Shown: in pieces, positions 9,765-20,608 of the stretch | Position numbering within the stretch: the first letter of the stretch is position 1 | Layout of the letters: each line of letters begins with the position of its first letter | Source of the DNA: an uncultured Planctomycetaceae bacterium | Lineage (GTDB): Bacteria > Planctomycetota > Planctomycetia > Planctomycetales > Planctomycetaceae | Length of the DNA stretch: 64,000 nt | Direction of reading: 5' to 3' | NCBI GenBank assembly: GCA_963815195.1 | Contig: CAWFGE010000015.1 | Coordinates: 704,001-768,000 of the forward strand | Made by a program: the position numbers and the translations under genes | The notes under the pieces: model-generated | What the model was told of the DNA's origin: nothing | The model's input: the letters and a program-made list of their open reading frames with translations, nothing else | Database searches by the model: none

Positions 9765-12700
9765 ATGCCCAACTTTTCTTTTCAGTTCCACACGCTGCTT
9801 AATGAATTGGACGAACAGGACCAACAGGCGATTTTGGCCGGCGTCTTGTTTTACCCGGAAATCTCTGCGATCGGAAAGAACCAGGCGGCGGTGCGGCGTC
9901 AGCTTGTCCGGCAGATCAAACACATCGTCGGGGAAGGCCCGCCCAAGGATCTCTGGCGGCGGCGGGCTTTGGCGGAACCGCCGGTCGTGCGAACGATTTC
10001 GCTGACGCTTGAACCGCCTCGGAAACAAATCGCCTGGCGGTCGCCGGTGGAGTTGACGTTTCAGGTCGTCCCCTGGCGGCATGCGGAATCTTTTTGGCTG
10101 GCTTATGTCCCGGTTCTGGGGATCGAAGTCTTCGCGGACTCGGAAGCGGAACTCTTGGAACTCGTTCCGCGGCACATCGAGTTTGCCCTCAAGCGAAAAG
10201 GCATGACGGAATCGCTGGCTCCCTTGATCGCGCTGGAGCGGGTGGGGGCGCTCAAGTTGCTGACGATTCAAGAACACATCACGCTGCCGACGCCCAAAGA
10301 GATCGAAAAAGCCGAAGGAGAGCAGAAGCCGAAATCCACGCTCAAGGAAGTCGCCACGCGGATGTCTTCTTTGAAGCTTCCGCCGGCTTACGAAATGGAA
10401 TCGACGTTACAGCAGTTGGCGGAGCTTTTGGGCGGATCTCAGCCGCGAAGCATCCTCCTGGTGGGGCCGTCGGGCGTAGGCAAGACCGCGGCGGTTCAGG
10501 AACTCGTGCGCTCCCGGTCCCAGTTCGGATTGGGGGATAAAGAGTTCTGGACCAGCAGCGGAGCCGCGGTTTGTGGGCGGGACCTCGGGGTTCGGCATGT
10601 GGCAGGAGCGCTGCCGATCCCTCTGCGAAGAAACCAAGCGCCGCAAGAACGTGGTGCTGCATCTGGGATCGCTGTTGGAACTGATGGAAGTCGGGCGCGG
10701 CGGGGGGTGCGGGCAAGGCGTCGCGGACTTTCTCCGCATGCCGATGGACCGCGGGGAGATTGTGATCCTCGTCGAATGCACGCCGGAGCAGCGCGTGGTC
10801 GTCGAACGCGAATCGCCGGGCTTGTTGCGTTCGCTCGCCGAGGTCCGCGTGTTGGAGCCGCCCTTGGAAACGGGGCGAAAGATCTTAAAATCGTCCGCCG
10901 ACGCAAGGGCCGCGCGGAAACAAGCCGCGCTCAAGCCCGATGCCTTGGAACGGCTGGATCGGCTGCACCGCCGATATGCCACGTATTCGGTTTATCCGGG
11001 CCGGCCTTTGCGGTTTTTGGGAAACCTGCAAGAAGACACGCCGGCGGACCACACGATCTCGGCTCAAGATGTGATCGCGGCTTTTTCGCGCGAGACGGGT
11101 TTGCCGCGATCGCTGCTCGATGAATCGCAGCCTCTGGATCTGGACGACCTCCGGGCCTGGTTTTCGGGGCGAGTCTTCGGGCAAGGTCACGCGGTGGATT
11201 TGATTGTCGAATTGATCGCGGCCGTCAAAGCGGGGATGACGCAGCCCGACCGCCCGATCGCCTCGCTGCTCTTTATCGGTCCCACGGGCGTGGGCAAGAC
11301 GGAAATGGCCAAGACGATCGCCGAGTTTTTCTTCGGGGACCGAGAGCGATTGATCCGCATCGACATGAGCGAATACGCCGACCCCTTTGCGGTGGATCGA
11401 CTGATCGGCGGGCGGTTTCAGAAAGAAGGCGTGCTCACGTCGCAAGTTCGCGACCAGCCGTTCGGCGTGGTGCTGCTCGATGAATTTGAAAAAGCCGACC
11501 CCAGCCTGTTCGATTTGCTGCTCCAGGTTCTGGGCGAAGGCCGGCTGACGGATGCCTCCGGCCAACTCGCCGACTTTCGCAATTCGGTGGTAATCATGAC
11601 GTCCAACCTGGGCGTCGAGTCCACCGGCAAAGCGGGATTCGGCTTCCGGGACGATTCGGAAAACCCGCTCTTCCTTCGGCAGCATTTCACCGAGGAAGTC
11701 AAAAAGTTTCTCCGCCCGGAGCTTTACAACCGCATCGACCGCATCGTCGATTTCGCCCCGCTCGATCAAAACACGCTCCGCGGCATCACCCGCCGGCAGC
11801 TTGAGCTTCTCCAAGCGCGCGACGGCATCCAATACCGCGGCGTGGCGTTGTGTGTCGAGGACGGCGTGCTCGATGAATTGGCCGCGAAGGGATTTGATCC
11901 GCGCTACGGCGCGCGGCCGCTCAAGCGGGTTATGGAACGCGAACTCTTGAAACCCTTGGCCGTCGGCATCAACCGCTACACGGGGAATCATCCGCTCGCA
12001 GCCCACATCGATTGGGCCGAGGGCGTTCGGGTTCAGGTCAAAGCCGTCCCCGCCGAGCCCGGCACGCGGGTCAATCGGTTGGGCGTGGCCGCGAACGACA
12101 CCGCGGCCCAATTCGCCAAAGACCTGGCCACGCTGCGCCGCAAGGTGCTGCGGTTGGAAGGCTCCGTGACGACGTTGGAGTTCCAGAACGAACTGTTCCG
12201 CCTGGAGCAACAACGCGGCCAGCGCATCAAACGCAGCCTGCGACCCGACGGGGAACTCGAAGCCCGCTGGAAAGAATTGCACGAACACCTCGCCGCGATG
12301 AGCCGGTGCATCCAGGATGTGACGCATCTCGAGGACGATGTGCTGATGGCGATCTATCAAAACCAGGAAGTCGATCTGACGGATTCCCGCGAGATGTTTG
12401 GGGAGTTGGAATCCCTTTGGCAGGAGGTCCTGTGGTCGGCCTATGCCGCGACGCTCGATCGGAAGACGAGAGATCAAATCACGCTCGTGATTTATGCGGA
12501 AGACACCGCCGCGTTGATCGAACTCGCCGCCGCGTATCGCGCCCTGATCGAAAAGCGAGGCGACCTGGTGCGGTGGATGGGGTTAGTTTCGGCCCAAGGC
12601 CATTCCAAGCCGAAACTGGCGGACGGTCAATCCTGGATCGGAAAGATCAAAGTGAGCGAACCCAGCACGCGGTTGATCGGTCAGTCATTCAATCAGGATT

Positions 12701-13071
12701 GGAAGGCGGCTTTCAAAGCGGCTCCGAAGTGCGTGGGTCTCGGCCTGCGAATCACGGGCAAGTTGGCGTTTCCGCTGTATCATCTGGAGCAGGGCGTGCA
12801 TTTGATCTCGGCCGATAGGCACGGGCACCGGTGTTATGTCGATACGGCCCTCGCGGATTACCCCAAGTATCAACCGCCTTACAATGTGGACCGCAAAGGC
12901 TTTGCCGACGATCAAGTCAAACGCCGAACTTACAACAAGAATGCAAACAAAGTGGAAGACCATTGGCTCGACAAGGAACAGTTTTGGGACGGGGTGGTGC
13001 TCGAGGAACCGCTTATCGAACTCGTGGAAGCCCGCCTTCAACTCGACGCCGACGAGCTACTGGCCGAGTGA
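9765..13071 (+). CDS. Atypical ClpA-like double AAA+ ATPase no.1 with C-terminal release-factor-like domain (apparent +1 indel ~10565)
   Basis: D1 Walker A GPSGVGKT. D2 [49 protein letters not shown]. Removing one C at ~10565 gives TSSGARFVGGTSGFGMW and joins ORFs 9765 and 10573. Confidence 0.85.
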
Positions 13072-13098
13072 CGGGCGATAGGATGGGATGATTTGCCA

Positions 13099-16000
13099 AT
13101 GGAAGTTTCGGTTCCGATCTTGGTGCTCTCGACACGAAGGCCCGGGGAGAAAACGCCCACGTACATTTTGCGGCCGGTGTTTTTCCCTGCGCCGGAAACG
13201 CGGGATTACAACCTGGGGCGAGGCACCGCCAAATTGGCCGCCAGCTTGAGGAAGCTGCTCAAGCAGTTGGCGGAGGCCGGCAAGCACGAACGCTTTTCCC
13301 AGTACATCTATGCCCCGCCGTTGGAAGGGCAGCGGCTCAAGCTGACGTTGGAACTGAAGCGCTCGACCGAGAAGCCGGTGTTCTACGCGGTCTCGCTCAG
13401 GGCGCTCGATCGCCAGATTGCGTGTTTCCCGATGCTGCCGGGCGTGTGGTTCGAGATCCCGAAGGACGGGAACGAGAGCCTGCACGACCGGGCGACCGCA
13501 GTGCTCACGGAGTATTTCCGCAAATTGGAGCGGGAAGAAGAGACCGTCGCTCCCATTCTTCGCCGGGCTTCGCTGGACGGCAAAGCCTGGCTGACCACGG
13601 TGGAATTTGACGTGGAAACGGCCCCCGATCTCAAGAAGGCATCGTCGCTGTTGTTCGCCGCGTTGTTCGCGGGCGAGTCGATGGACGGGGCGACCGAATT
13701 GGACAACACCGGCCGCGATTTGGATTTGCTGTATCCGGACGACCTGGCCCGCAGCCTCTGCCGGGAACAAGAAGCCGAGGAGCTCACGCGATTGCTCGCC
13801 GCCCGCGACCGCCGGCCGGTGCTCGTGCTCGGTCCGCGGACGGTGGGCAAGACCGCGCTCGTTCACGAAGCGGTCTATCGAAAAGTCCAGCAGCAAACCT
13901 CCCGGTTTCGGAACCGCCGGCATACGTGGCTGTTGTCGCCGCAGCGTTTGATCTCCGGGATGAGCTACGTCGGCCAATGGGAGAACCGCCTGCTCGCGAT
14001 CCTCAAAGAATGCCGGAAAAAAGACCACATCTTGTACTTCGACGATCTGGTGGGGTTGTTCCGCGCGGGAGTCTCGCGGGATTCGGACCTGGCGGTGGCG
14101 CATGTGCTCAAGCCGATTCTGGAACAGCGGCAGGTGCGGATCGTGGGCGAAGCCACGCCCGCCGGGTTCCGCGTGCTGCGGGAACTCGACCGCGGGTTTG
14201 CGGATTTGTTTCACGTCATCTCGCTCCAGGAGCCCGATCAAGAAACGTCTTTGCGAGTGCTGCTCAGCGTGATTCGCCAGTTGGAACGGCGGTCTCGCTG
14301 CCAATTCGATCTGGAAGTGCTGCCGACGGTGATGGATTTGGCCCGGCGGTTTTCGCGGGAGCGGGCGTTTCCCGGACAGCCGGCGTTGATGCTCACGCGG
14401 CTCGCTTCGAGACATCCCGGCACGACGATTACCCGGCAGATCGTGCTCAAGGACTTCGAATCGCAAAGCGGCTTGAAGATCGCCTTTCTCGATCCCGCCG
14501 AGCGCCTCCGCCGGGAGGACATTCTCGCGGGCATCGAGCAGATGATGGTCGGCCAGAAACCCGCGCTGGAAGCCGCCGCCGATGTGATCTCGATTGCCAA
14601 AGCCCGCATCAACGATCCCGAACGGCCGTGGGGCACATTTTTGTTTCTCGGCCCGACCGGCGTGGGCAAGACGCAGTGCGCGAAGGCCATTGCCAATTAT
14701 CTGCTGGGCAGCCCCGACCGCATGATCCGCTTCGACATGAACGAGTTTCTTTCGCCCGGCGATGTGTCGCGGCTGGTGGGGACGCTCGATCAACCGGAAG
14801 GGCTCTTAACCTCGGCCATTCGCCGGCAGCCGTATTCGGTGGTGCTCTTGGACGAAATCGAGAAAGCCCATCCCGCCGTGTTCGATCTGTTGCTGCAGGT
14901 GCTGGGCGAAGGCCGATTGACCGATGCCCTGGGCCGGACCGCCGACTTCCGCAACGCGGTTTTGATTCTCACCTCCAACCTCGGCAGCCAGCAGGCGGAA
15001 AACTCTGTGGGGTTCCAGCCCAGCGAGATGTCCAAGCATCAAATCTACGTGGCGGCGGCGGAAAGATTTTTCCGCCCGGAGTTTTTGAACCGCTTGGATT
15101 TTCTGATTCCCTTCGATCGGCTGACCAAGCCGGAGATTCGCGAGATTTCCCGCCAGGCGGTGGAAGCACTCGGCGAACGGGAAGGGTTTGTGCGGCGGAA
15201 GTGCATTTTGCATCCGGACGATTCGGTGCTCGATTACGTGATCGCGCGGGGATTCGATCCGCGGTGGGGCGCGCGGGGCGTCCGGCGGATGATCGAGAAG
15301 GATTTGATTCGCCCGGTCGCCGCCGCCCTCGCGAAAACGCCGCCCGCCGGACCGACCGTGGTGAGCCTGTGGGCCTGTGACGATTCCATCCAAGTCGATG
15401 CCAGCACGCTGACGGAAATCGATCCGCTGCCCCGCTGCCGAGGCCAGTTTTCGCCGGACGCCTCCGAGCCGACGTTGGAGCGAATCCGCGCTCTCCTCAA
15501 GCGGCTCTTGGAAACCTGCCAGGCTCATCGGCCTTCCGGTCCCATGACGTCCGGCAACATTCGGCCGGAGCAGTTCCATTACCTCGCGATGGTCGAGGCG
15601 ATCAATCACCTGGAAACCCGCTGCCAGGAACTCAAGGAGCATTTGGGGGCCGGCGCGATCCACAACCGGCTCTCGGCGGACAGGGCGCTGCGCGGGGATT
15701 CAAATCTCCGGCCGGCGGGCGGGGCGGACGCATGTCTGGCGAAGTTGGGACACGCCGAGGCGTCGCATCATGCACGAAATGCTGACCGCCGACGACGTCC
15801 ACGATTATCTCCACGAAGTTTCCAGCGGCTCGGCGACTCCATGATCCCGCCGACGCGTTGGAGCCGCTCATCTCGCAACTGGCATTGCTCGACGTCCTGA
15901 CGCCGGCGGACGAGGGTTGGCGGCACGAGCACGTGCTGGCTGTTGTGCGGGGTTTGCAGTCCTCGCCCGTGGCCAGAAATCGCCTGCTCCGGATGTTGCC

Positions 16001-16538
16001 CGAAGCTTTTCAGTTTTCCCATTTCGGCGAAGACGCCCTCGCGGACTTGGGGTTGGAATCGCACGCCGCGCATTGGGATGTGAAAGATTCTCAAGACGCC
16101 GGCCTCGAGCTCTCGGAAGCGGCCCGGAAGCTTATGGCGGAAGTTCGCTGTGATGTGATCGGCTTCGAAGGACTGAATGCGATGCGATTGTTGTCCGGCG
16201 AAGGGGGCACGCACCTGTGCGTGCTGGCATCGGGGCGGTTGATCCCGTTTCAAGTCGAGCTGCGTATTGTTCCCGAAGACGCGACGGCGGATGATGTGAT
16301 TCGGTCCGTGCTGGCGGAGCATCTGGATTGGCTCAAGTCCCGGCGGTCGCAACCGGCCGCCGACAGCGATCCGCTTTTCTCTTTGAAGCCCGCCGTGCGG
16401 ATTTATGATGAGCGGGGATTGATTCTCGATTTTGCCACCGGACAGGCGTTGGAAGAGGTGAACCTGTCCGCTCCGCGGTTGCTCAAGGATTTGATTCTAG
16501 CCCGCCTGCCTTTGCCCGCGGAACTTGTGACAGGTTGA
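13099..16538 (+). CDS. Atypical ClpA-like double AAA+ ATPase no.2 with C-terminal release-factor-like domain (apparent indels ~15646 and ~15839)
   Basis: D1 GPRTVGKT / ILYFDDL. D2 GPTGVGKT / [38 protein letters not shown] 15858-16538 is the frameshifted C-terminus and has the same RF-like motifs as gene no.1. Confidence 0.8.
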
Positions 16539-16544
16539 ACTGCC

Positions 16545-18836
16545 ATGCCGACGCATCGCGTGCCTATTTTGTTGATCCAGGATTCGGAGGGGTTTTGGTC
16601 GGCCCAGCCGGTGGAACCAGACACGGCTTTGGTGGGAACCGGAGCGACCGCCGCCGATGCCCTCGCCCAGATCAAAACGTATCTGGATTGGTCGTACGAT
16701 CGCGATTCATGCAAGGAGATTCCGGACATCCAGGGGCCTACGCTCGCGCGGTTCAAGATTTCTGTGCGGCCGCATTACGTGGAACCGAATCGCGTTTATC
16801 CCTGTGCCGAGTCGATGGAATTGCCCGTGGACTGCGTCCTGGGCAAGCGGTCGGATGGATTGCTCACTTGCGTGGCTCCGATCGTGGGCGTGCGATTCGA
16901 TTACAACGAAAAGGCCGCGTTGGAATCGCTGCTCACGGATGCCGTGCTCTCGCAGCTCGCGGGGAAGACGCCCAGGCAACTCTCGCGGTATCTGCCGCCC
17001 CGGGCGATGGAGATCCGGGAATTGGCGATCCGCGTGAAGCCCCGCATTTGGCGGGACGGGGGCGAAGTTTATCTCCCCACGCTGGAAGAGATCGCCGACC
17101 CCATTGGGGAGAAATCGGTGCGGAAGCGGTTTTCGCGGGCCTGGCTGCGGGACGCGGAACTCGCGGAGCTTCAAAGCCGCTTGACGGAGGAACGCGCGAG
17201 CGTGCTGCTGCTCGGCGTGCGAGGCGTGGGCAAGACGACCTTGCTCGTGGATGCCGTCCGCGACACCGAGCGGTTGCTCTATCGGGCGGCCAAAGCGGAG
17301 GAACACGAGAACGGCCGGCGTTACCGCCATCGGTTCTGGATGACGAGCGCCGCCCGCATCATCGCCGGGATGCGGTACTTGGGCGAATGGGAAGCCCGCT
17401 GTGAGGAGATTCTGTTCGAGCTCTCCGAAATCCAAGGCGTGTTGTGCATCGAGAATCTGCTCGACTTGCTGCGGATCGGCGGCGGCGAAGCGTCGCAAAG
17501 CATCGCGGCGTTTTTGATGCCCTATTTGCAGCAAGGGGAACTCAGGATCGTGGCCGAAGCCACCTTGGACGAGCTGTCCGCGGCGGATCGGTTGTTGCCG
17601 GGCTTTTCGGATCTGTTTCAGAAGCAGCGTGTCGAAGCCCTTTCGCATCGCAGCATGGTCCAAGTGTTGGAGAAGGTGATCGACGCCGCCCAGCAAACAC
17701 ATCGCCGCCCGGCGGAATGCCGGGTCGATGTTCGATTGCCGGAGATCATTTTGCATCTCCACGAACGCTTCTTGCCTTACCAATCCTTTCCCGGCCCGGC
17801 CGTGCAGTTTTTGCGGGATTTGATCAAGGCCGTCTTCAAAGAGGATCGCCCGCGTCTCGAACCGGCCGATGTTTTTCAGGCCTTTGCCCGGCGGACGGGT
17901 GTGCCGGTGCGGTTTTTGCGGGATGATGTTCCCCTCGATTCCGACGAAGTGTTCGCGGAGCTTTCCCGCCAGGTCATCGGCCAGGAGGAAGCGGTGCGGT
18001 CGGTCGTGGAATTGATCGCCACGTTCAAAGCGGGTCTGAACAATCCACGCCGGCCTTTGGGAGTCGAGCTGTTCTGCGGGCCGACGGGGGTGGGAAAAAC
18101 CGAGCTGGCCAAGAAGCTGGCCGAGTTCTGTTTTGGCGAAGGCGAGGATCCCGACCGCTTGTTTCGCTTGGACATGAGCGAATACCAAGGCTACGGCGCG
18201 GGCCAGCGGATTTTGATGCAGCCCGACCGCTCGCCGAGCCGGCTGATTTCGCACATCCGCGAGAAACCGTTCTCCGTGGTGTTGTTGGACGAGATCGAAA
18301 AAGCCGATGCCGAGGTGTTCGACCTGCTGCTGAATCTCTTCGAGGAAGGCCGGCTCACCGATGCCTATGGCCGCACCACGCATTTTCAATCGACGATCGT
18401 GATTATGACGTCGAACCTGGGAGCCGAAAGCGTCTCGGCGTTGGGCTTCAAGCCGGCTTTTGCGCCGGCGTACGAATCGGCCGCGATGCAGTTTTTCCGG
18501 CCGGAGTTTTTCAACCGCATCGACGAGGTGCTCTCGTTCGCGCCGCTTTCGGAAGAATCCGTGCTCGAAATCACCAAAAAAGAACTGGAGGCTCTGAGCC
18601 GGCGCGAGGGGCTCTCTGGCCGGGCGATTCGCTTGGCTTACGATGAGGGATTTTTGAAGGACGTCGCAAAGCGCGGCTACGATGCCCGGTACGGCGCCCG
18701 GCCGCTCAAACGGTTTTTAGAATCCTCCGTGGTCACGCCGATTTCCGAATACCTCGTTTCCCACCCGAATTCGCAGGGAGAGACTCTTCGCTTGCGTTTC
18801 ACCGAGGCCGGTCGCGTCGCCGTGACGCCGACTTAG
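16545..18836 (+). CDS. Atypical ClpA-like double AAA+ ATPase no.3 (no C-terminal extension)
   Basis: Uninterrupted 763 aa ORF. D1 GVRGVGKT. D2 [42 protein letters not shown]. Confidence 0.9.
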   Translation: MPTHRVPILLIQDSEGFWSAQPVEPDTALVGTGATAADALAQIKTYLDWSYDRDSCKEIPDIQGPTLARFKISVRPHYVEPNRVYPCAESMELPVDCVLGKRSDGLLTCVAPIVGVRFDYNEKAALESLLTDAVLSQLAGKTPRQLSRYLPPRAMEIRELAIRVKPRIWRDGGEVYLPTLEEIADPIGEKSVRKRFSRAWLRDAELAELQSRLTEERASVLLLGVRGVGKTTLLVDAVRDTERLLYRAAKAEEHENGRRYRHRFWMTSAARIIAGMRYLGEWEARCEEILFELSEIQGVLCIENLLDLLRIGGGEASQSIAAFLMPYLQQGELRIVAEATLDELSAADRLLPGFSDLFQKQRVEALSHRSMVQVLEKVIDAAQQTHRRPAECRVDVRLPEIILHLHERFLPYQSFPGPAVQFLRDLIKAVFKEDRPRLEPADVFQAFARRTGVPVRFLRDDVPLDSDEVFAELSRQVIGQEEAVRSVVELIATFKAGLNNPRRPLGVELFCGPTGVGKTELAKKLAEFCFGEGEDPDRLFRLDMSEYQGYGAGQRILMQPDRSPSRLISHIREKPFSVVLLDEIEKADAEVFDLLLNLFEEGRLTDAYGRTTHFQSTIVIMTSNLGAESVSALGFKPAFAPAYESAAMQFFRPEFFNRIDEVLSFAPLSEESVLEITKKELEALSRREGLSGRAIRLAYDEGFLKDVAKRGYDARYGARPLKRFLESSVVTPISEYLVSHPNSQGETLRLRFTEAGRVAVTPT

Positions 18837-18861
18837 TTCGGCCGAAATCGCCGTTTCGATT

Positions 18862-19939
18862 TTAAGCCGCCCCCAGCGACTCCACCACCAGCCGGCCCAT
18901 TTCTTTTGTGCCGATGGACTTTCCACCCGCGGCGATGTCGGGGGTGCGGTGGCCGGCTTTGAGGACCGTTCGAGACCGCGGTTTCGATCGCGGCGGCTTC
19001 TTCTTCCAGGTCCAGCGAATGCCTTAAGAGCATCGCAGTGGCCAGGATCGTCGCAAGCGGGTTGGCGATGCCCTTGCCCGCGATGTCCGGGGCGGAGCCG
19101 TGGATCGGTTCGTAAAGGCCGGGGCCGCTTTCGCCCAGCGACGCTGAGGGCAAAAGCCCCAAGGAACCAGGCAGCATCGAGGCCTCATCGGTGAGGATGT
19201 CGCCGAACATGTTCCCGGTGACGACGACATCGAACGACCTCGGCCGGGAGATCAGGTGCATCGCCATCGCATCCACGAGGACGACTTCGTATTCCAGATC
19301 GGGAAACTCGTCTTTCATCACCCGCGAGGCCACGCTCCGCCACAGCCGCGAGACTTCCAAGACGTTCGCCTTATCGACCGAGGTGACTTTCCCCCGCCGT
19401 TTTCGCGCGGCTTCCGCGGCGAGACGGACCACGCGTTCGATCTCCGGCGTGGAATAGATCATCGTGCTGTAGGCCACTTCGCCTTCCGGGATCGGCCGCC
19501 GGCCCGATTCGCCGAAGTAAATCCCGCCGGTCAGCTCGCGGAAAAACAGAATGTCCACGCCCTCGACGATCTCCCGCTTGAGCGGCGACGCGTCCAGAAG
19601 CTCGGGAAACGGGGCGATCGGCCGCAGGTTGGCGAACAGCTTCAATTCCTTGCGGATGCCCAAGAGTCCCGCTTCCGGGCGGGTCTTGGCGTCGGGGTCG
19701 TCCCACTTCGGCCCGCCGACGGCGCCGAGCAGCACGGCCGCTGAGGATTTGCATTCATCGAGCGTGCGATCGGGCAGCGGGGTGCCGAAGTCGTCGATCG
19801 CATTCCCGCCCATCGGACAGGAAACCGTCTCGAACCGGTGTCCGAACCGGCGGGCGATCGTTTCCAACACCTTTTGAGCCTCGGCCACAATCTCCGGCCC
19901 AATCCCGTCCCCCGGCAACAACGTCAACTTGGCATCCAC
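18862..19939 (-). CDS. leuB: 3-isopropylmalate dehydrogenase (apparent indel ~18968)
   Basis: [47 protein letters not shown] and [12 protein letters not shown]. The corrected C-terminus [11 protein letters not shown]...SLGAA* ends at 18862. Confidence 0.95.
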
Positions 19940-20041
19940 AACTCGGCCTTTCGCGAAAGAGGAAAAGTAGAACGCGAGTGTAACACAGCCGCCCGGGATT
20001 TTCAGGTCCCGCCTGGGAGCGGCTCGGTGTATCGCCCGCGC

Positions 20042-20204
20042 GTGTGTTTCACAGAAGTAAGTACGGACTTGGGTGGCACGCCCTGAGGAACGACGGGCGT
20101 GGTCTTGCGCTTTGCCACGCCCTTCGCTCCGCTCAGGGACGTGCCGCCCAATCCCCTGGAAAACAGGGCGAAAGATTATCCACCGATTTTTATGAAACAC
20201 ATAC
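20042..20204. repeat. Repeat family A copy 2 (complete terminal inverted repeats)
   Basis: GTGTGTTTCA...TGAAACACAT ends with internal hairpin 20071-20149. Confidence 0.85.
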
Positions 20205-20325
20205 CGCCCGCGCAAAACCTTGGCCCTGTGCTTGCATTGGGGCGGAGAATTCACGATGATACCGGGCTCGGATTTTGAATTAGTCTTGGCACATGCGTTG
20301 ATCACCACACGAAGGAATTTGAGTC

Positions 20326-20586
20326 ATGGCTCATAAGAAGGGGCAAGGGTCCAGCCGGAACGGGCGCGACTCCAATGCGCAGCGGCGGGGCATCAAGAAA
20401 TTCGGCGGCGAACACGTGCTGGCCGGAAACATCCTGGCCCGGCAGTGCGGCACGAAATGGCATCCCGGCCGGAACGTCGGCATGGGCAAAGACTACACGC
20501 TGTTCGCCCTCGTGGAAGGCACGGTGTTCTTCGACCGGAAGGGCCGCCGGGTCAACGTCGTCGCCGCCGAGACGGTGCAAAGCTAA
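20326..20586 (+). CDS. rpmA: 50S ribosomal protein bL27
   Basis: [16 protein letters not shown]...[15 protein letters not shown]...DYTLFAL. Confidence 0.98.
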   Translation: MAHKKGQGSSRNGRDSNAQRRGIKKFGGEHVLAGNILARQCGTKWHPGRNVGMGKDYTLFALVEGTVFFDRKGRRVNVVAAETVQS

Positions 20587-20608
20587 CCGGTTCTCGACCG
20601 TTCGCAGA

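Noticed and set aside
10550..10580. Programmed frameshift in Clp no.1, by analogy to RF2
   Set aside because: No CTT-TGA slippery site or internal Shine-Dalgarno; it has the same single-base-insertion signature as the other breaks in the window.
10885..18389. Long minus-strand ORFs opposite the Clp genes (and similar shadows at 52417, 54565, 59716)
   Set aside because: Antisense shadows typical of high-GC DNA; the opposite strand carries clear family motifs.
9765..18836. T6SS ClpV or ordinary clpA/clpB/clpC
   Set aside because: No Clp_N repeats, middle domain or GYVG loop, and no T6SS, clpS or mcs genes nearby, so no gene symbol was assigned.
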